Virus record (IMG/VR): IMGVR_UViG_3300037722_001099
Location: 1-26,457 of that record
Length of the DNA: 26,457 nt
Origin: a virus
Lineage: Duplodnaviria > Caudoviricetes
Strand: one strand, 5' to 3'
Position numbers and translations under genes: made by a program. The notes beneath the pieces were generated by a model. The model had not been told where the DNA came from and searched no databases. It saw only the letters and a program-made list of their open reading frames with translations. Shown here piece after piece: positions 26,075 to 26,457 of the stretch (its first letter is position 1; each line of letters opens with the position of its first letter).

Positions 26075-26457
26075 ATGATTTCAACGCAGGGTTTAAAAAT
26101 TAAGGCCGCCAGAAAGGCCAAAGGCTTGACGCAGAGCGAACTTGCCACCGCGGTCGGGACTGTCCAGTCGGCTATTTCGGCCTTAGAAAAGGACCAGGTC
26201 AAGGGCATCACGGATCCCGAACTTATCATCAAAATATCCGACGCTCTCGGCGACGTTTCCATCCTCACCCATGCTTTGCTGCAAAACCCCATCTGTAAAA
26301 GAATCATCCCCCGCGCTTTCACCCCCTTGAACAACATCAAAACCGACCCCTCGGCAATCCTGACGAAGCTGCAGGAAGAGCTGGAAGAAGCCATTCAGGC
26401 GGCAAAGATCCTCTCGCGGGTCTTCTCCCACGCCGATCCGGCCAGCACTCCGAATTT
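26075..26457 (+). CDS. Cro-like XRE HTH regulator with C-terminal extension (runs off window end)
   Basis: RBS AAGGAG; MISTQGLKIKAARKAKGLTQSELATAVGTVQSAISALEK...; no stop before window end; translated by hand. Confidence 0.85.
   Translation, partial: MISTQGLKIKAARKAKGLTQSELATAVGTVQSAISALEKDQVKGITDPELIIKISDALGDVSILTHALLQNPICKRIIPRAFTPLNNIKTDPSAILTKLQEELEEAIQAAKILSRVFSHADPASTPN

Larger units (their letters stand above)
1..26457. mobile_element. Temperate phage (siphovirus-like) genome segment: packaging, head, tail, lysis, integration and immunity modules
   Basis: Continuous canonical phage gene order; no host housekeeping gene seen; both ends run out of the window. Confidence 0.96.

Overview
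The whole window is one temperate siphovirus-like phage segment with C-rich coding strands. The host cannot be determined from sequence alone. Order: intact integron-type integrase (IntI), TerS-like gene, lambda GpA-type TerL, Xis/MerR-like HTH, palindrome plus 10-bp tandem repeats, gpW, lambda-type portal, ClpP protease with nested scaffold, P22-type coat, connectors, tail tube, -1 frameshifted tail chaperone, tape measure, tail tip proteins, lysis cassette (M15 endolysin, holin), Ig/FN3-like protein and SGNH esterase. Next come an intergenic unit (promoter, 5' part of a tRNA-Thr-like gene, terminator), a convergent large serine recombinase, a DUF1566 lipoprotein and a CI/Cro switch. Two things stand out. 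(1) A phage-embedded integron integrase sits in the packaging operon although a separate serine recombinase is available for lysogeny; no attC was found in the window. (2) A probable attP carries its own promoter and the 5' rather than 3' part of a tRNA, suggesting integration into a tRNA gene that is rebuilt from a phage-supplied promoter and 5' end. Protein family calls come from motif recognition by eye, not database searches.
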